Positions 29,646 through 38,697 of a DNA stretch of 64,000 nt are shown here, piece after piece. Below the pieces are notes generated by a model. That model saw only the letters and a list, made by a program, of their open reading frames with translations, was not told the origin of the DNA and did not search any database. Source of the DNA: Rhodobacteraceae bacterium UBA6213. Lineage in GTDB: Bacteria > Pseudomonadota > Alphaproteobacteria > Rhodobacterales > Rhodobacteraceae. Location: positions 125,326 to 189,325 of the forward strand of contig DISJ01000009.1 of NCBI GenBank assembly GCA_002421605.1. Direction: 5' to 3'. The translations under genes were made by a program, and so were the position numbers. Within the stretch, counting starts at the first letter, position 1. Every line of letters begins with the position of its first letter.

Positions 29646-30122
29646 TCAGGCGCTGTCTTGGCGCACGATATCTGCGATCAGCACATTGCTGACACTCGTC
29701 CCGAGGGTTTTTCTTGCCGCTTCAAGCAGCGCCTTGCGCAACGCATCCATATTGCCCGCTTCTGTGAATGCACCGCGAAACCCGCCGGTGTTGGCGTGGT
29801 TGAACAGAACTTGCAGCAGTTCATCGCGCAGGCGCGGCTCTACTGCATAGACCTTTTCACTGCCGCCGGGCGTCACCTCGAGGCTCAGCGAAAGGATGAC
29901 CAAAGCCGACACCCGCCCGGCCTCGACCACCGGGATCACAAACTGATTGTTCAGCTTGACATAATTGAAGGTCGAAGCGACTTGTGGGTCGGCTGCCGCA
30001 GTATCCTCGCCGCAAGGGTTCGCCTCGGCCAAGGTGTGCGGGGCGGGGCGGAGCATGTAGCCACCACCGGCCCCTGCGGCTAATCCGATCATTGCAAGCA
30101 GCGCGGGAAGAATTTTGCCCAT
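29646..30122 (-). CDS. FliL-family flagellar basal-body-associated protein (second copy)
   Basis: N-terminal TM ILPALLAMIGLAAGAGGGY, then YVKLNNQFVIPVV...ALVILSLSLEV...LRDELLQVLF and C-terminal VLIADIVRQD. The start is ATG 30122 or TTG 30134. Confidence 0.6.
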   Translation of the reverse strand: MGKILPALLAMIGLAAGAGGGYMLRPAPHTLAEANPCGEDTAAADPQVASTFNYVKLNNQFVIPVVEAGRVSALVILSLSLEVTPGGSEKVYAVEPRLRDELLQVLFNHANTGGFRGAFTEAGNMDALRKALLEAARKTLGTSVSNVLIADIVRQDSA

Positions 30123-30130
30123 GTGTCGGC

Positions 30131-30871
30131 TCAATACGGTAGCACGATATCGGTGATTTGCTGGCCGTAGGAAGGCTGCTGCATATCGGTGATCTGGCCG
30201 CGGCCACCGTATGAAATGCGTGCGCCAGCGATTTTGTCATAGGTGATCTCGTTTTGGCGGCTGATATCTTCGGGCCGCACAAAGCCGGTTACGATCAACT
30301 CTCGGACCTCGAAATTGACCCTGACCTCTTGGCTGCCTTGAATGCGCAGCACGCCGTTCGGAAGCCGCTCGATCACCGTGACGGCAACGCGCAGGGTCAG
30401 CTTTTCATTGCGCGAAACCGAACCGTTACCGCTGAAGTTTGTGGAAGAGTTGGTTGAAACGGCCGTGTCGAGCCCGACACCCGTCGGCAGTAGTTCGTTC
30501 AGCCGCTCGGGAATACCGAACAGCGACGGAATGCCCATGGACTGCGCGCCAGTGCGGGCGCGACCCGTGGTGTTGGAAATTTCGGCCTTGTCGTCAATTT
30601 CGATGACAACAGTCATGATATCGCCCGTCACACTCGCGCGACGATCGCCAAGCAGCGAGCCGCGCGAGCCAGACCAAAGCGAGGCCTCGGCATTTGGAGC
30701 ACTGCGTTCTGCGTAGGCTGGAAGGGGGGCGGTGGTCATCGCGCGGAATTCATCGCTCGCTTCGATAGGGCTTAGTGGTGGGGCGCGACCAACCTCTGCA
30801 AGGTTGCCGCAAGCGGCGACGGTAATCAGGGGTACGAGCATCAGGGCGTTGCGCATAAAAGCCTCATTCAT
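30131..30871 (-). CDS. flgH: Flagellar L-ring lipoprotein FlgH
   Basis: Lipobox LITVAAC, then conserved SLW...SLLGDRRA..VGDIMTVVI and VTVIERLPNGVLRIQG. Confidence 0.9.
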   Translation of the reverse strand: MNEAFMRNALMLVPLITVAACGNLAEVGRAPPLSPIEASDEFRAMTTAPLPAYAERSAPNAEASLWSGSRGSLLGDRRASVTGDIMTVVIEIDDKAEISNTTGRARTGAQSMGIPSLFGIPERLNELLPTGVGLDTAVSTNSSTNFSGNGSVSRNEKLTLRVAVTVIERLPNGVLRIQGSQEVRVNFEVRELIVTGFVRPEDISRQNEITYDKIAGARISYGGRGQITDMQQPSYGQQITDIVLPY

Positions 30872-31304
30872 TGGAATTGACGATCAGAGTGCCGTCGGTT
30901 GCGACCCAAGCGGACACCACATTGCGCGACGCAATGTTGATCACGCGCAAAACATCACCCACGCCGCCGCGCCCAAGCGCGCGACCTTCGACAGAAATCG
31001 AAAGTGCACCGCGCCGATACAGCAGCGGCACGATCTGGTTACGCTCGACCACCGCGGGCGGGCCGACATCGTCAATGCGGATCGCGCGGCCTGCATATAT
31101 CGCGGTGCGGGTTTCCTGCCCTATCGCCTCGGAAAGCGCGATGAGGCCTCCGGGCACCTCGCCCTCGGCCAACGCCACATCTTCGGCACTGATCAGCGCC
31201 TGAGCGCGCAAGGTGCGCGCAGCAACAACGGTATCTGCGCGCCCATTGCTGGCCAGTGCCAAGAGTATCGCCGTCATTACCCAGAATTCGCGGCCCAACA
31301 TCAT
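30864..31304 (-). CDS. flgA: Flagellar P-ring assembly chaperone FlgA
   Basis: Signal peptide, a SAF-like domain (ISAEDVAL...) and a C-terminal beta-clip. It sits between flgG and flgH. Confidence 0.8.
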   Translation of the reverse strand: MMLGREFWVMTAILLALASNGRADTVVAARTLRAQALISAEDVALAEGEVPGGLIALSEAIGQETRTAIYAGRAIRIDDVGPPAVVERNQIVPLLYRRGALSISVEGRALGRGGVGDVLRVINIASRNVVSAWVATDGTLIVNSNE

Positions 31305-32086
31305 CGCACCTGTGTGGTTGCCGCCAGCATCTGATCGGCGGCGGTGATGACCTTGGCGTTCAGTTCGTATCCGCGCTGCGCCTTGATGAGTTCGGTAACT
31401 TCGCGTACCGGATCGACCGAGCTTTCCTCGAGATATCCTTGGCGGAGTGTGCCGACGCCATCTTCACCGGGCGACGAAATCTGCGGCGGCCCAGATGCGG
31501 AAGTTTCGAGAAACAGGTTTGAACCGATCGCCTCCAACCCTTTGTCATTGCTGAAATTAGCCAGCGTAAACTGACCCAGAAGCTCTGGTTGAACGCGGTC
31601 GGAAAAATAGGCGTAAACCTCGCCAGCGGCGTTGATCGCAATCGCGCTCGCATCCGTGGGAATGGTGATTCCCGGGGCTAGTGGATAGCCGTCAGAGGTG
31701 ACAATCTCGCCATCGGGTGAACGCTTCAGCGCGCCGTCACGCGTATAGCCGGAGGCGCCCGAAGGCATTGTGACCTCAAGATAGCCAAGCCCCTCAATCG
31801 CAAGGTCAAGATCGCCGCCAGTGGCGGATAAGGTGCCCTGCGCAAGGTTGACGGTGACCGCAGCGGGGCGCACGCCAAGCCCCAGTTGAACACCCGTCGG
31901 CACCACGGTTCCATCGTTGGCGGTAATCGTGCCGGGGCGGGTAACCTGCTGATAATGCAGGTCTGCAAACTCTGCCCGACGAGAGTTGTAACCGGTGGTG
32001 GACATGTTCGCTAGGTTGTTGGAAATAACCTCGACACGCATTTGTTGTGCGCTCATTCCGGTCGCGGCGATCTGCAAGGCGCGCAT
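31301..32086 (-). CDS. flgG: Flagellar distal rod protein FlgG
   Basis: N-terminus MRALQIAATGMSAQQMRVEVISNNLANMSTTGY and C-terminus LRQGYLEESSVDPVREVTELIKAQRGYE. Confidence 0.95.
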   Translation of the reverse strand: MRALQIAATGMSAQQMRVEVISNNLANMSTTGYNSRRAEFADLHYQQVTRPGTITANDGTVVPTGVQLGLGVRPAAVTVNLAQGTLSATGGDLDLAIEGLGYLEVTMPSGASGYTRDGALKRSPDGEIVTSDGYPLAPGITIPTDASAIAINAAGEVYAYFSDRVQPELLGQFTLANFSNDKGLEAIGSNLFLETSASGPPQISSPGEDGVGTLRQGYLEESSVDPVREVTELIKAQRGYELNAKVITAADQMLAATTQVR

Positions 32087-32095
32087 AGCAACCTC

Positions 32096-32812
32096 CTATC
32101 GGGAAAGGGCAGAGATGACGGCGCGAATGCGCTCGTCTTCGCGGTCAAGGAAGGTTTGGCCCATTTCGTAGGCACGCTGCACCTCGATCATGCGTGCGAT
32201 CTCGGACACCGGATCGACGTTTGATTCCTCGAGAAAACCCTGCAGCATGGCGCCATCCTCGAGCGGTTCTACCCCGGCTTCGGCGGCAAACCGAGTACCC
32301 CCGGCGTGCACAAGGCCGTTCGGGTCTGCGGGCATGAAAAGACCAATTTCGGCCAAGGGCCGCCCCTCGGCGGAAAGCGTGCCATCTTGCGAAAGCGTGA
32401 TACCGCGTGCGTCAGCGGGCACGAACACCGGCGCCCCACCCGCATCAAGCAAGCGAAAGCCTTCGAGTGTGGTCAACTCGCCCTCAGGCGAAGGGGTAAA
32501 GCTGCCTGCGCGGGTCAGTTGCTGCCCTTGCGGGGTTTCGATCAGAAAGAATCCGTCACCTTCGATCGCAAAGTCGAAGGTTCCGCCGGTTTGCGACAGC
32601 GGGCCCTGCGCAAGGTTGACCACGCGTCCCAGTGCATCGGCCATCGACAGTGAAGGCTCGCCGCGGCCAAGTGCTGCAACATGTTCCGAAAAAATCACGC
32701 CTTCCTTGCGAAAGCCATTCGTCGAGACGTTGGCGATGTTGTTGGCGACAGCCTGCATTTCGCGCATCAGGCCAGATTGCCGGGTTAGGGTGGCATAGAT
32801 TGCATTATCCAT
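32096..32812 (-). CDS. flgF: Flagellar proximal rod protein FlgF
   Basis: N-terminus MDNAIYATLTRQSGLMREMQAVANNIANVSTNGF and C-terminus LQGFLEESNVDPVSEIARMIEVQRAYE. Confidence 0.9.
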   Translation of the reverse strand: MDNAIYATLTRQSGLMREMQAVANNIANVSTNGFRKEGVIFSEHVAALGRGEPSLSMADALGRVVNLAQGPLSQTGGTFDFAIEGDGFFLIETPQGQQLTRAGSFTPSPEGELTTLEGFRLLDAGGAPVFVPADARGITLSQDGTLSAEGRPLAEIGLFMPADPNGLVHAGGTRFAAEAGVEPLEDGAMLQGFLEESNVDPVSEIARMIEVQRAYEMGQTFLDREDERIRAVISALSR

Positions 32813-32815
32813 AGA

Positions 32816-33082
32816 TTATCCCCCCGCGATCAGCGGAATGATTTGGAGGCGGAAAAACGCCACCAGCGATTCCGACATGAACGACATCGAAACCCAAAAC
32901 ACGGCGAGCATCGCACCCACCTTGGGCACAAAGGTCAGCGTCATTTCCTGCACCGATGTCAGCGCCTGAAAGAGGCCGATCGTAACGCCAGCCACCAGCG
33001 CCACAGCCAACATCGGCGCCGAAATCATCACGGCAATCCAAAGCCCCTGACGCAGCGTGTCGAAGAAGAGTGCCTGTTCCAT
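32816..33082 (-). CDS. fliQ: Flagellar export apparatus protein FliQ
   Basis: 88-aa two-TM protein with the conserved LFQALTSVQEMTLTFVPK. Confidence 0.9.
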   Translation of the reverse strand: MEQALFFDTLRQGLWIAVMISAPMLAVALVAGVTIGLFQALTSVQEMTLTFVPKVGAMLAVFWVSMSFMSESLVAFFRLQIIPLIAGG

Positions 33083-33085
33083 GAC

Positions 33086-33379
33086 TCAGACCGGCATCCG
33101 CAGAATTTCCTGATAGGCTTCCACCACCCGGTCGCGCACGGTTACGGCGGTTTCAACCGCAAGCTCGGTTGCCGCCAATGCCTGCACCAGCGCGTGCGGG
33201 TCGGCTCCCCCGGTCATCGCGGCGCGCGCGGTCTCTTCGCCCTCGCGCAGCACGGCGGCAAAGTCGTTGGCAAGCGTGCCGAACGTGTTCTGCTCAGACC
33301 CGCCCGTTGCGGGACGCGGCGCCGTTGCAGGGCGGGCCTGGGCATAGCTTTGCGCGGCAAGAGAGGTTCTGACATCCAT
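33086..33379 (-). CDS. fliE: Flagellar hook-basal body complex protein FliE
   Basis: 97 aa. C-terminus LVQALAATELAVETAVTVRDRVVEAYQEILRMPV. GAAGGAG lies upstream of the ATG at 33379. The track ORF extends spuriously to 33547. Confidence 0.8.
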   Translation of the reverse strand: MDVRTSLAAQSYAQARPATAPRPATGGSEQNTFGTLANDFAAVLREGEETARAAMTGGADPHALVQALAATELAVETAVTVRDRVVEAYQEILRMPV

Positions 33380-33395
33380 TCTGGACCTTCTCCTT

Positions 33396-33788
33396 CTATC
33401 GGCGCAGGAGATCGAGCAGCGCCGACGACATTTGCCGTGCCTGATCGAACATCCTGAGATTCGCCTCGTAGCTGCGCTGCGCTTCGCGCGCGTCAGCAAT
33501 TTCGACCACCAGATCGACATTCGAGCCGTCGTAGTAGCCGCCTTCATCGGCCAAAGGGTGCCCGGGATCGTAGATCCGCGTCAGCGCCGTTCGGTCGAGG
33601 TTCAATTGGCCAAGCGCGACCTGCCCTGTGTGCTGACCTGCTGTAACCACCTCTTCAAAGGTGGCGGTCTTGCGGTGGTAACCTGGGGTGTCGGCATTGG
33701 CGATATTCTCGGAAACGTGGCGCAATCGCTGCGCTTGCGCGGACATGCCCGAGGCAGAAAGAGCTAGCGCACTGTTGAAATCGGCCAT
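33396..33788 (-). CDS. flgC: Flagellar proximal rod protein FlgC
   Basis: SGMSAQAQRLRHVSENIANADTPGY and C-terminus EIADAREAQRSYEANL. Confidence 0.95.
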   Translation of the reverse strand: MADFNSALALSASGMSAQAQRLRHVSENIANADTPGYHRKTATFEEVVTAGQHTGQVALGQLNLDRTALTRIYDPGHPLADEGGYYDGSNVDLVVEIADAREAQRSYEANLRMFDQARQMSSALLDLLRR

Positions 33789-33793
33789 GGCGA

Positions 33794-34180
33794 TCAGCTT
33801 CGCCCAAGGCTCGTGCGCAGAACGCCGAGCGAGGTTTTGTAAATGGCAAGCGCAAGGTCGTGCTGTCGCTTTACCTCGACCGCCTTGACCATTTCGTCTT
33901 CAAGCGAAACAGAGTTGCCGTTTGGCGACATGGTACTGGTTTGGCTGCGTGATGTAATCTCGGCGCGCAGGGTGTTAGCGCCTTGCAGATGTTCGGGGCG
34001 CGAGGCGCGCATGGCGCCACCAGAGCCAGCCTCATACGTTTCCGCAAAAGATGCCACATCGCGCGCGCCATAACCCGGCGTATCGGCGTTGGCGATGTTT
34101 TGCGAAATCGCATTTTGGCGTAACGCCGCATGCGCCGCCATCGCCTGCGCGACCTTCAGGATCGCAAGATTTTCAAACAT
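33794..34180 (-). CDS. flgB: Flagellar proximal rod protein FlgB
   Basis: RQNAISQNIANADTPGY, and its position as first gene of the rod operon. GGAGGAG lies upstream of the ATG. Confidence 0.9.
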   Translation of the reverse strand: MFENLAILKVAQAMAAHAALRQNAISQNIANADTPGYGARDVASFAETYEAGSGGAMRASRPEHLQGANTLRAEITSRSQTSTMSPNGNSVSLEDEMVKAVEVKRQHDLALAIYKTSLGVLRTSLGRS

Positions 34181-34200
34181 CGGGGTTTCTCCTCCGAGCG

Positions 34201-34215
34201 ATAACCAAGGCTTAA
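34201..34215. promoter_or_regulatory. CtrA-box-like motif ATAA-N7-TTAA
   Basis: Read directly in the 71-bp flgB/fliI divergent spacer. One mismatch to TTAA-N7-TTAA. It lies very close to both start codons. Confidence 0.2.
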
Positions 34216-34251
34216 GAGCGAATCATTTAGAAAACGTTTCGTGAACTGGGG

Positions 34252-35583
34252 GTGGCAAGAATGGCTTTTGCCGAATTTGATCTGTTGCGCGCCGAAATAT
34301 CCGGGCTGGGTCAGGCCTATGCCGTCGGCAGGGTCAGCGAGGTCTGCGGCGGCATCCTTTCGGTGACCGGACTTTCGGCACAAGCATCGCTGGGTGACAG
34401 GGTCAAGATACACTCGCGCGGCGGTCTGTGGCTTGGGGGCGAGGTTCTTGCCTTGCATCCTGGGCGCATTGCCATTCTGGCCGATGGCGCGGCCGACGGG
34501 GTTTCCATCGGTGACAGGGTAAAACTGGCGGGGCAGGCCGGCATTGCGCCGGACGAAAGTTGGATCGGCCGTATTATTGACCCCTTCGGACAGCCGCTTG
34601 ATGGCCGCCCGATTCTGCGCGGCGTTACGGAGCTGCCACTGCGCGCCGCCCCGCCACCCGCCGCGCAGCGACGTCGGCTTGGTGACCGCCTGGAAACCGG
34701 GATTCGGGTCTTCAACACGCTGCTGCCACTGGTGCAGGGTCAGCGCATCGGCCTTTTTTCAGGCTCAGGCGTAGGCAAATCGTCGCTTTTGGCCAAGTTT
34801 GCACGCGGTGTGGCCGCCGATGTGGTGGTAATTGCGATGATAGGTGAGCGTGGGCGCGAGCTGCGCGAATTTGTCGAGGGCGTGCTTGGGCCCGAGGGCA
34901 TGGCACGCACGGTGGTGGTGGCCGCCACGTCCGACCTTTCGCCTTTACTGCGACGGCGTTGCGCTTGGGCTGCAATGACAGTGGCCGAGTATTTTCGCGA
35001 TCAGGGCGCACATGTGCTTTTTCTTGCCGATTCGATTACCCGCTTTGCCGAAGCGCACCGCGAGGTGGCTCTGGCCGGGGGCGAGCCGCCTTCGCTGCGC
35101 GGCTATCCGCCCTCGACTGCGCATCAGATCATGGCGCTCGGCGAACGTGCGGGGCCGGGGGCCGAGGGTGCAGGTGATATCACGGCGGTTTTTTCTGTTC
35201 TCGTTGCGGGTTCCGACATGGAGGAACCAATCGCCGACATCCTGCGCGGCGTGCTCGACGGGCACGTGGTGCTTGAGCGTAGCATAGCCGAGCGCGGTCG
35301 TTTTCCGGCCATAGATCTGCTGCGGTCGGTTTCCCGTTCGTTGCCTGCAGCGGCAACTGGGCCGGAAAACACGCTGATCGCTCAGGCGCGGCGCCTGCTT
35401 GGTGCCTATGATCGCGCCGAGTTGATGATTCAAGCCGGGCTTTATACTGCCGGGTCCGACCCGATGGTTGACGCCGCGCTGGCGGTCTGGCCCGCTCTCG
35501 ATGCATTTTTGGCCGAAGATGAGTCCGGCACGGTCGCTGAAAGCTTCGCTCGGCTTGCCGAATGCCTTGCCCCGGCGAGCTAA
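34252..35583 (+). CDS. fliI: Flagellum-specific ATPase FliI
   Basis: Walker A GLFSGSGVGKSSLL and Walker B HVLFLADSITRFA. F1/T3SS ATPase fold. The start is GTG 34252 or ATG 34261. Confidence 0.95.
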   Translation: MARMAFAEFDLLRAEISGLGQAYAVGRVSEVCGGILSVTGLSAQASLGDRVKIHSRGGLWLGGEVLALHPGRIAILADGAADGVSIGDRVKLAGQAGIAPDESWIGRIIDPFGQPLDGRPILRGVTELPLRAAPPPAAQRRRLGDRLETGIRVFNTLLPLVQGQRIGLFSGSGVGKSSLLAKFARGVAADVVVIAMIGERGRELREFVEGVLGPEGMARTVVVAATSDLSPLLRRRCAWAAMTVAEYFRDQGAHVLFLADSITRFAEAHREVALAGGEPPSLRGYPPSTAHQIMALGERAGPGAEGAGDITAVFSVLVAGSDMEEPIADILRGVLDGHVVLERSIAERGRFPAIDLLRSVSRSLPAAATGPENTLIAQARRLLGAYDRAELMIQAGLYTAGSDPMVDAALAVWPALDAFLAEDESGTVAESFARLAECLAPAS

Positions 35584-36401
35584 AGCCGCAGCAAAAGGTC
35601 GCTGCGTGACGCGGCACCTCCTTGCAATAATTGCAGCGCAGCCGATTGCGCCGAAACCGATCCGGCGGCAGATTGCGTGCGCAGAAGATACATCTTCACC
35701 AGCTTTTCCACTTTGGCCGGTTCGGCAAACAGAGCCGGATCGGAGCTGCCAAACATCGCATCGGCCCTGCGCTGCAGGTTCGCTACCTGCGTATCAACTT
35801 CGGTCGCGCTGAAGCTTTCGGGAAAACCAAAGGCTGTACGCATAACCTCTGCCAGTGGCGGCGACCCTATTACGGAGTACCACTTGGTCAGCGCGCTGGT
35901 CGATTTCGCGGCAAGCATCGGCAGTTCGCGCTGCGCATAAAGCGCAAGGCGCATCGAATTGTCGGCCTCGCCTACCGCCACCTCAAACTGCCTTTCGCGA
36001 TAGGCAGTCAGAATCTCGTCTGGAAAATCCGCAAGCGTCGTTCGCGGCACAGTATGGTCACCAAAGCCGAAGGCGCGCGAAAACTCGGCGTAGCTTTTGT
36101 TGGAAAGTCGGTTGGCAAGATCCGATGTATCAAGCGTCCCTTCCTCAAGAACTTTGCGAATGAAAAAGCGGTTGTCGATGTCTGCATCAAGACCGAAGGC
36201 ACCCAACGCCACTTTCAGCAGGCGCCGGTCGGCAACCAGGTCTTCGGCGGTGGTGATGCTTGCGATCTTCTCCCGAAAATAGTCATCGTCGCGCTGACGG
36301 GTCGCAGAGGCGGCGAACGCTGCCTGCTGCGTTTGCAGTGTCCGGCCAAGAAACTTCCACCCGGCATAACCGGTGAAGGGAATGACCGGGGCAAAGCTCA
36401 T
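35580..36401 (-). CDS. DUF1217-like flagellar-cluster protein (family assigned from memory)
   Basis: N-terminus MSFAPVIPFTGYAGWKFLGRTLQTQQAAF...YFREKI.....LVADRRLLKVALGAFGLD is typical of this alpha-proteobacterial family. It is coupled to flbT. Confidence 0.65.
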   Translation of the reverse strand: MSFAPVIPFTGYAGWKFLGRTLQTQQAAFAASATRQRDDDYFREKIASITTAEDLVADRRLLKVALGAFGLDADIDNRFFIRKVLEEGTLDTSDLANRLSNKSYAEFSRAFGFGDHTVPRTTLADFPDEILTAYRERQFEVAVGEADNSMRLALYAQRELPMLAAKSTSALTKWYSVIGSPPLAEVMRTAFGFPESFSATEVDTQVANLQRRADAMFGSSDPALFAEPAKVEKLVKMYLLRTQSAAGSVSAQSAALQLLQGGAASRSDLLLRL

Positions 36402-36805
36402 CGCTGCCCAGCCGAGGCCATCAGCCGCTCTTCGCGTGGTAGCAGACTGCGCAGCGCCTTCAGTGCCTGATAGTGCTGATTGTCGAGCACGAAGGCGGTG
36501 GCGAGGGTCAACTGCGCGCGGCTGTCGTAATCGGTCAAGACCTGGCTGAGCTGTTCGATGCCGCGCAACAGTTGCAGCTGCGCGTCATGCGAGTCGGCAT
36601 CCCCCGACAGCACGAGTTGAGCGATGTAGCAGACGCGGCGCACCGGGGTATTGACCTCTTCTGGATGGATTGCGTCGCGCAGCCGCAGGATATGCGCGTT
36701 GGGCGTCATGATCGCGAGCCGGGACCGACGCTCACCGTTTTCGATGACTGCGCCGTTGATCAACACCCTTTCCTTGGGCGCCAGTTTAAGCACGAGACCG
36801 GTCAT
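36398..36805 (-). CDS. flbT: Flagellin synthesis regulator FlbT
   Basis: N-terminus MTGLVLKLAPKERVLINGAVIENG.RRSRL. It lies downstream of flaF, which is the conserved flaF-flbT pair. Confidence 0.85.
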   Translation of the reverse strand: MTGLVLKLAPKERVLINGAVIENGERRSRLAIMTPNAHILRLRDAIHPEEVNTPVRRVCYIAQLVLSGDADSHDAQLQLLRGIEQLSQVLTDYDSRAQLTLATAFVLDNQHYQALKALRSLLPREERLMASAGQR

Positions 36806-37179
36806 GTGGCATGCCCGTCCTGTCTGAGACCACGCATAATGGCGGTGTTGATATCCACCAGCACATCGGGGCTCGACACCCCTGCCAGAACCTTGCGCGT
36901 GTGCTTGTCGGTGAACTCGGCAAGGTAGAAGATGCGCGCGCGAAGCGGAGCGGGCAGCTGATTACCAGAATCGGCAACATCTGCGGCAAGCGTGGTCCAA
37001 AGCTTGCGGTTTTCATGAAGCGCCTGCGCGAGCGCATTGAAACCTGCATCGCCAAGGCTCGCGGCTGCCTTTAGTCGGTGTGTTATGCGTGCAAAAATTT
37101 CGTATTCGGTGCCGCGGGCGGTACGCGTGGGCTGACCAGGCGCGGAATAGGCCGTTTTGGCCATGGTTGTCGCGTTCAC
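36802..37179 (-). CDS. flaF: Flagellin synthesis regulator FlaF
   Basis: AYSAPGQPTRTARGTEYEIFARITHRL...ALHENRKLWTTLAADVADSGNQLP is FlaF-like. It lies next to flagellin. Confidence 0.8.
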   Translation of the reverse strand: MNATTMAKTAYSAPGQPTRTARGTEYEIFARITHRLKAAASLGDAGFNALAQALHENRKLWTTLAADVADSGNQLPAPLRARIFYLAEFTDKHTRKVLAGVSSPDVLVDINTAIMRGLRQDGHAT

Positions 37180-37237
37180 GGGAAATCCTTCCAGTGGGAT
37201 GATGCTTCAAATCACGGCTTTGCCGCGTAGCTGATTG

Positions 37238-37259
37238 GGGGCGCCACTTTGGGCGCCCC
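37238..37259 (-). terminator. GC-rich hairpin downstream of flagellin (8-bp stem GGGGCGCC/GGCGCCCC, 6-nt loop)
   Basis: Starts 8 nt after the flagellin stop. No U-tract follows on the sense strand, so it may only attenuate read-through into flaF-flbT. Confidence 0.45.
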
Positions 37260-37266
37260 TTGGTTC

Positions 37267-38487
37267 TTACCTGAACAGCGCAAGGATATTCTGCGGCTGT
37301 TGGTTGGCGATCGACAGCGCCTGGATGCCCAGCTGCTGCTGGGTTTGCAGCGCCTGCAGGCGCGCCGAAGCCTCTTCCATGTCGGCATCAACCAGCGAGC
37401 TTATCCCCGCCTTCATCGAGTCAGACAGGTTCGAGATGAATTCTGCCTGAATGCTGATGCGCCCTCCAACCGAGCCAAAAGCCGAGGCCGCATCGACTGC
37501 CGTGCCGATCAGCGTTTCGATTGAGCCGAGCGCGGTCGTCGCGTTCACGGCGCTAGAAACGTCGATGGAGGCGAGCGCGCCTAACCCACCCGAAGACGCG
37601 TTGGAATACTGACCGCTGACCGACAGGTCGGCAGTTCCGGCGTTGGTGAACACCAGCGTTCCGACCGAGCCGCTGTTATAATCGACAGTCAGCCCATCAA
37701 TGCCCATCGCGTCGATTGCGTTCTTCATGCCAACCGAAATCAGATCGGCAACGGTGTTGTTGCCGCTGGCCACATCATTGGCCGAAACCGTATACGATGC
37801 CGTCCGATCGCCGATCCGCATGGTGATCTTGTCGCCGGCCGCCCAGGCGTTCGTGCCATCCGCGATGGTAATATCGTCCGAGCCGCCGCCTTGGTCGAGC
37901 GAAAGCACGAAGGTGTCGGCGGCGGTCGAAATCACGCCGCCCGTAGAGGCAGAGAAAACATTGTTGGTGACATAGCTGCCAGTCGAAAGGTTTTGCGCGG
38001 TCACGGAAATCGACGAGGCGGTTACACCACCCGACGCATCGCGGTCGAGCGATGCCAGAATATCAGCAGAGCCTGTGGACCCGTCGACCAGGTTCAGACC
38101 GTTGAACTGCGCGGCACCGACCACCGAGGTGATCTGGTCTACCAGCGCGTCAACGTCGGTTTGCAGCTTGCCGCGGTCAACGTTGTCTTCTTGCGCAGCA
38201 ACGATTTTCTCCTTCATGCTGGTCAGTAGGTCAGTAATGGTCTCAGACGCTTTGCGCGCCACCGCAACGGTCGATTCGCCCAGCGCGAGGCTGTCTGAAA
38301 TTGCTTTGAACCCTTGCACATCCGACTCCATGACTTTGGAAATTGCCCAGACCGCGGCGTTGTCTTTGGCCGACGAGATGGATTTGCCAGTGGAGATTTC
38401 GGATTGGGTCTTGGCAAGACCACTGTTGATGCCCCGAAGGGTTTGCAGCGCCACCATGGCGCTGGAGTTCGTCAGAATGCTTGACAT
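37267..38487 (-). CDS. fliC: Flagellin
   Basis: N-terminus MSSILTNSSAMVALQTLRGIN and C-terminus LQALQTQQQLGIQALSIANQQPQNILALFR. The central region is Gly/Ser/Thr-rich and variable. AAAGGA lies upstream of the ATG at 38487. Confidence 0.95.
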   Translation of the reverse strand: MSSILTNSSAMVALQTLRGINSGLAKTQSEISTGKSISSAKDNAAVWAISKVMESDVQGFKAISDSLALGESTVAVARKASETITDLLTSMKEKIVAAQEDNVDRGKLQTDVDALVDQITSVVGAAQFNGLNLVDGSTGSADILASLDRDASGGVTASSISVTAQNLSTGSYVTNNVFSASTGGVISTAADTFVLSLDQGGGSDDITIADGTNAWAAGDKITMRIGDRTASYTVSANDVASGNNTVADLISVGMKNAIDAMGIDGLTVDYNSGSVGTLVFTNAGTADLSVSGQYSNASSGGLGALASIDVSSAVNATTALGSIETLIGTAVDAASAFGSVGGRISIQAEFISNLSDSMKAGISSLVDADMEEASARLQALQTQQQLGIQALSIANQQPQNILALFR

Positions 38488-38697
38488 GACAAGTCCTTTG
38501 CAATCGGTGCTTTGCACCGGGTTTCACAATCCCCAGATTGGGGTAACTTGGGCGTTCCTGCCGGGACGGGCCGGGGCTTTGCCCGTGCGCCGTGCCATCC
38601 TTCGGGATGTGCGGCAAAACTGCGCCTCAAGTTCTAAGAACTCGCTAAATGGTGCAGATTATGCAGCTGATATTCGATGCAATTTTTCTAAAACTGC

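Noticed and set aside
38580-38600. Possible sigma54 promoter upstream of flagellin (TGGCAC on the sense strand)
   Set aside because: The -24-like TGGCAC is present, but the -12 element is wrong. It reads ACGG where TTGC is required at the fixed N5 spacing, so GG-N10-GC is not satisfied.
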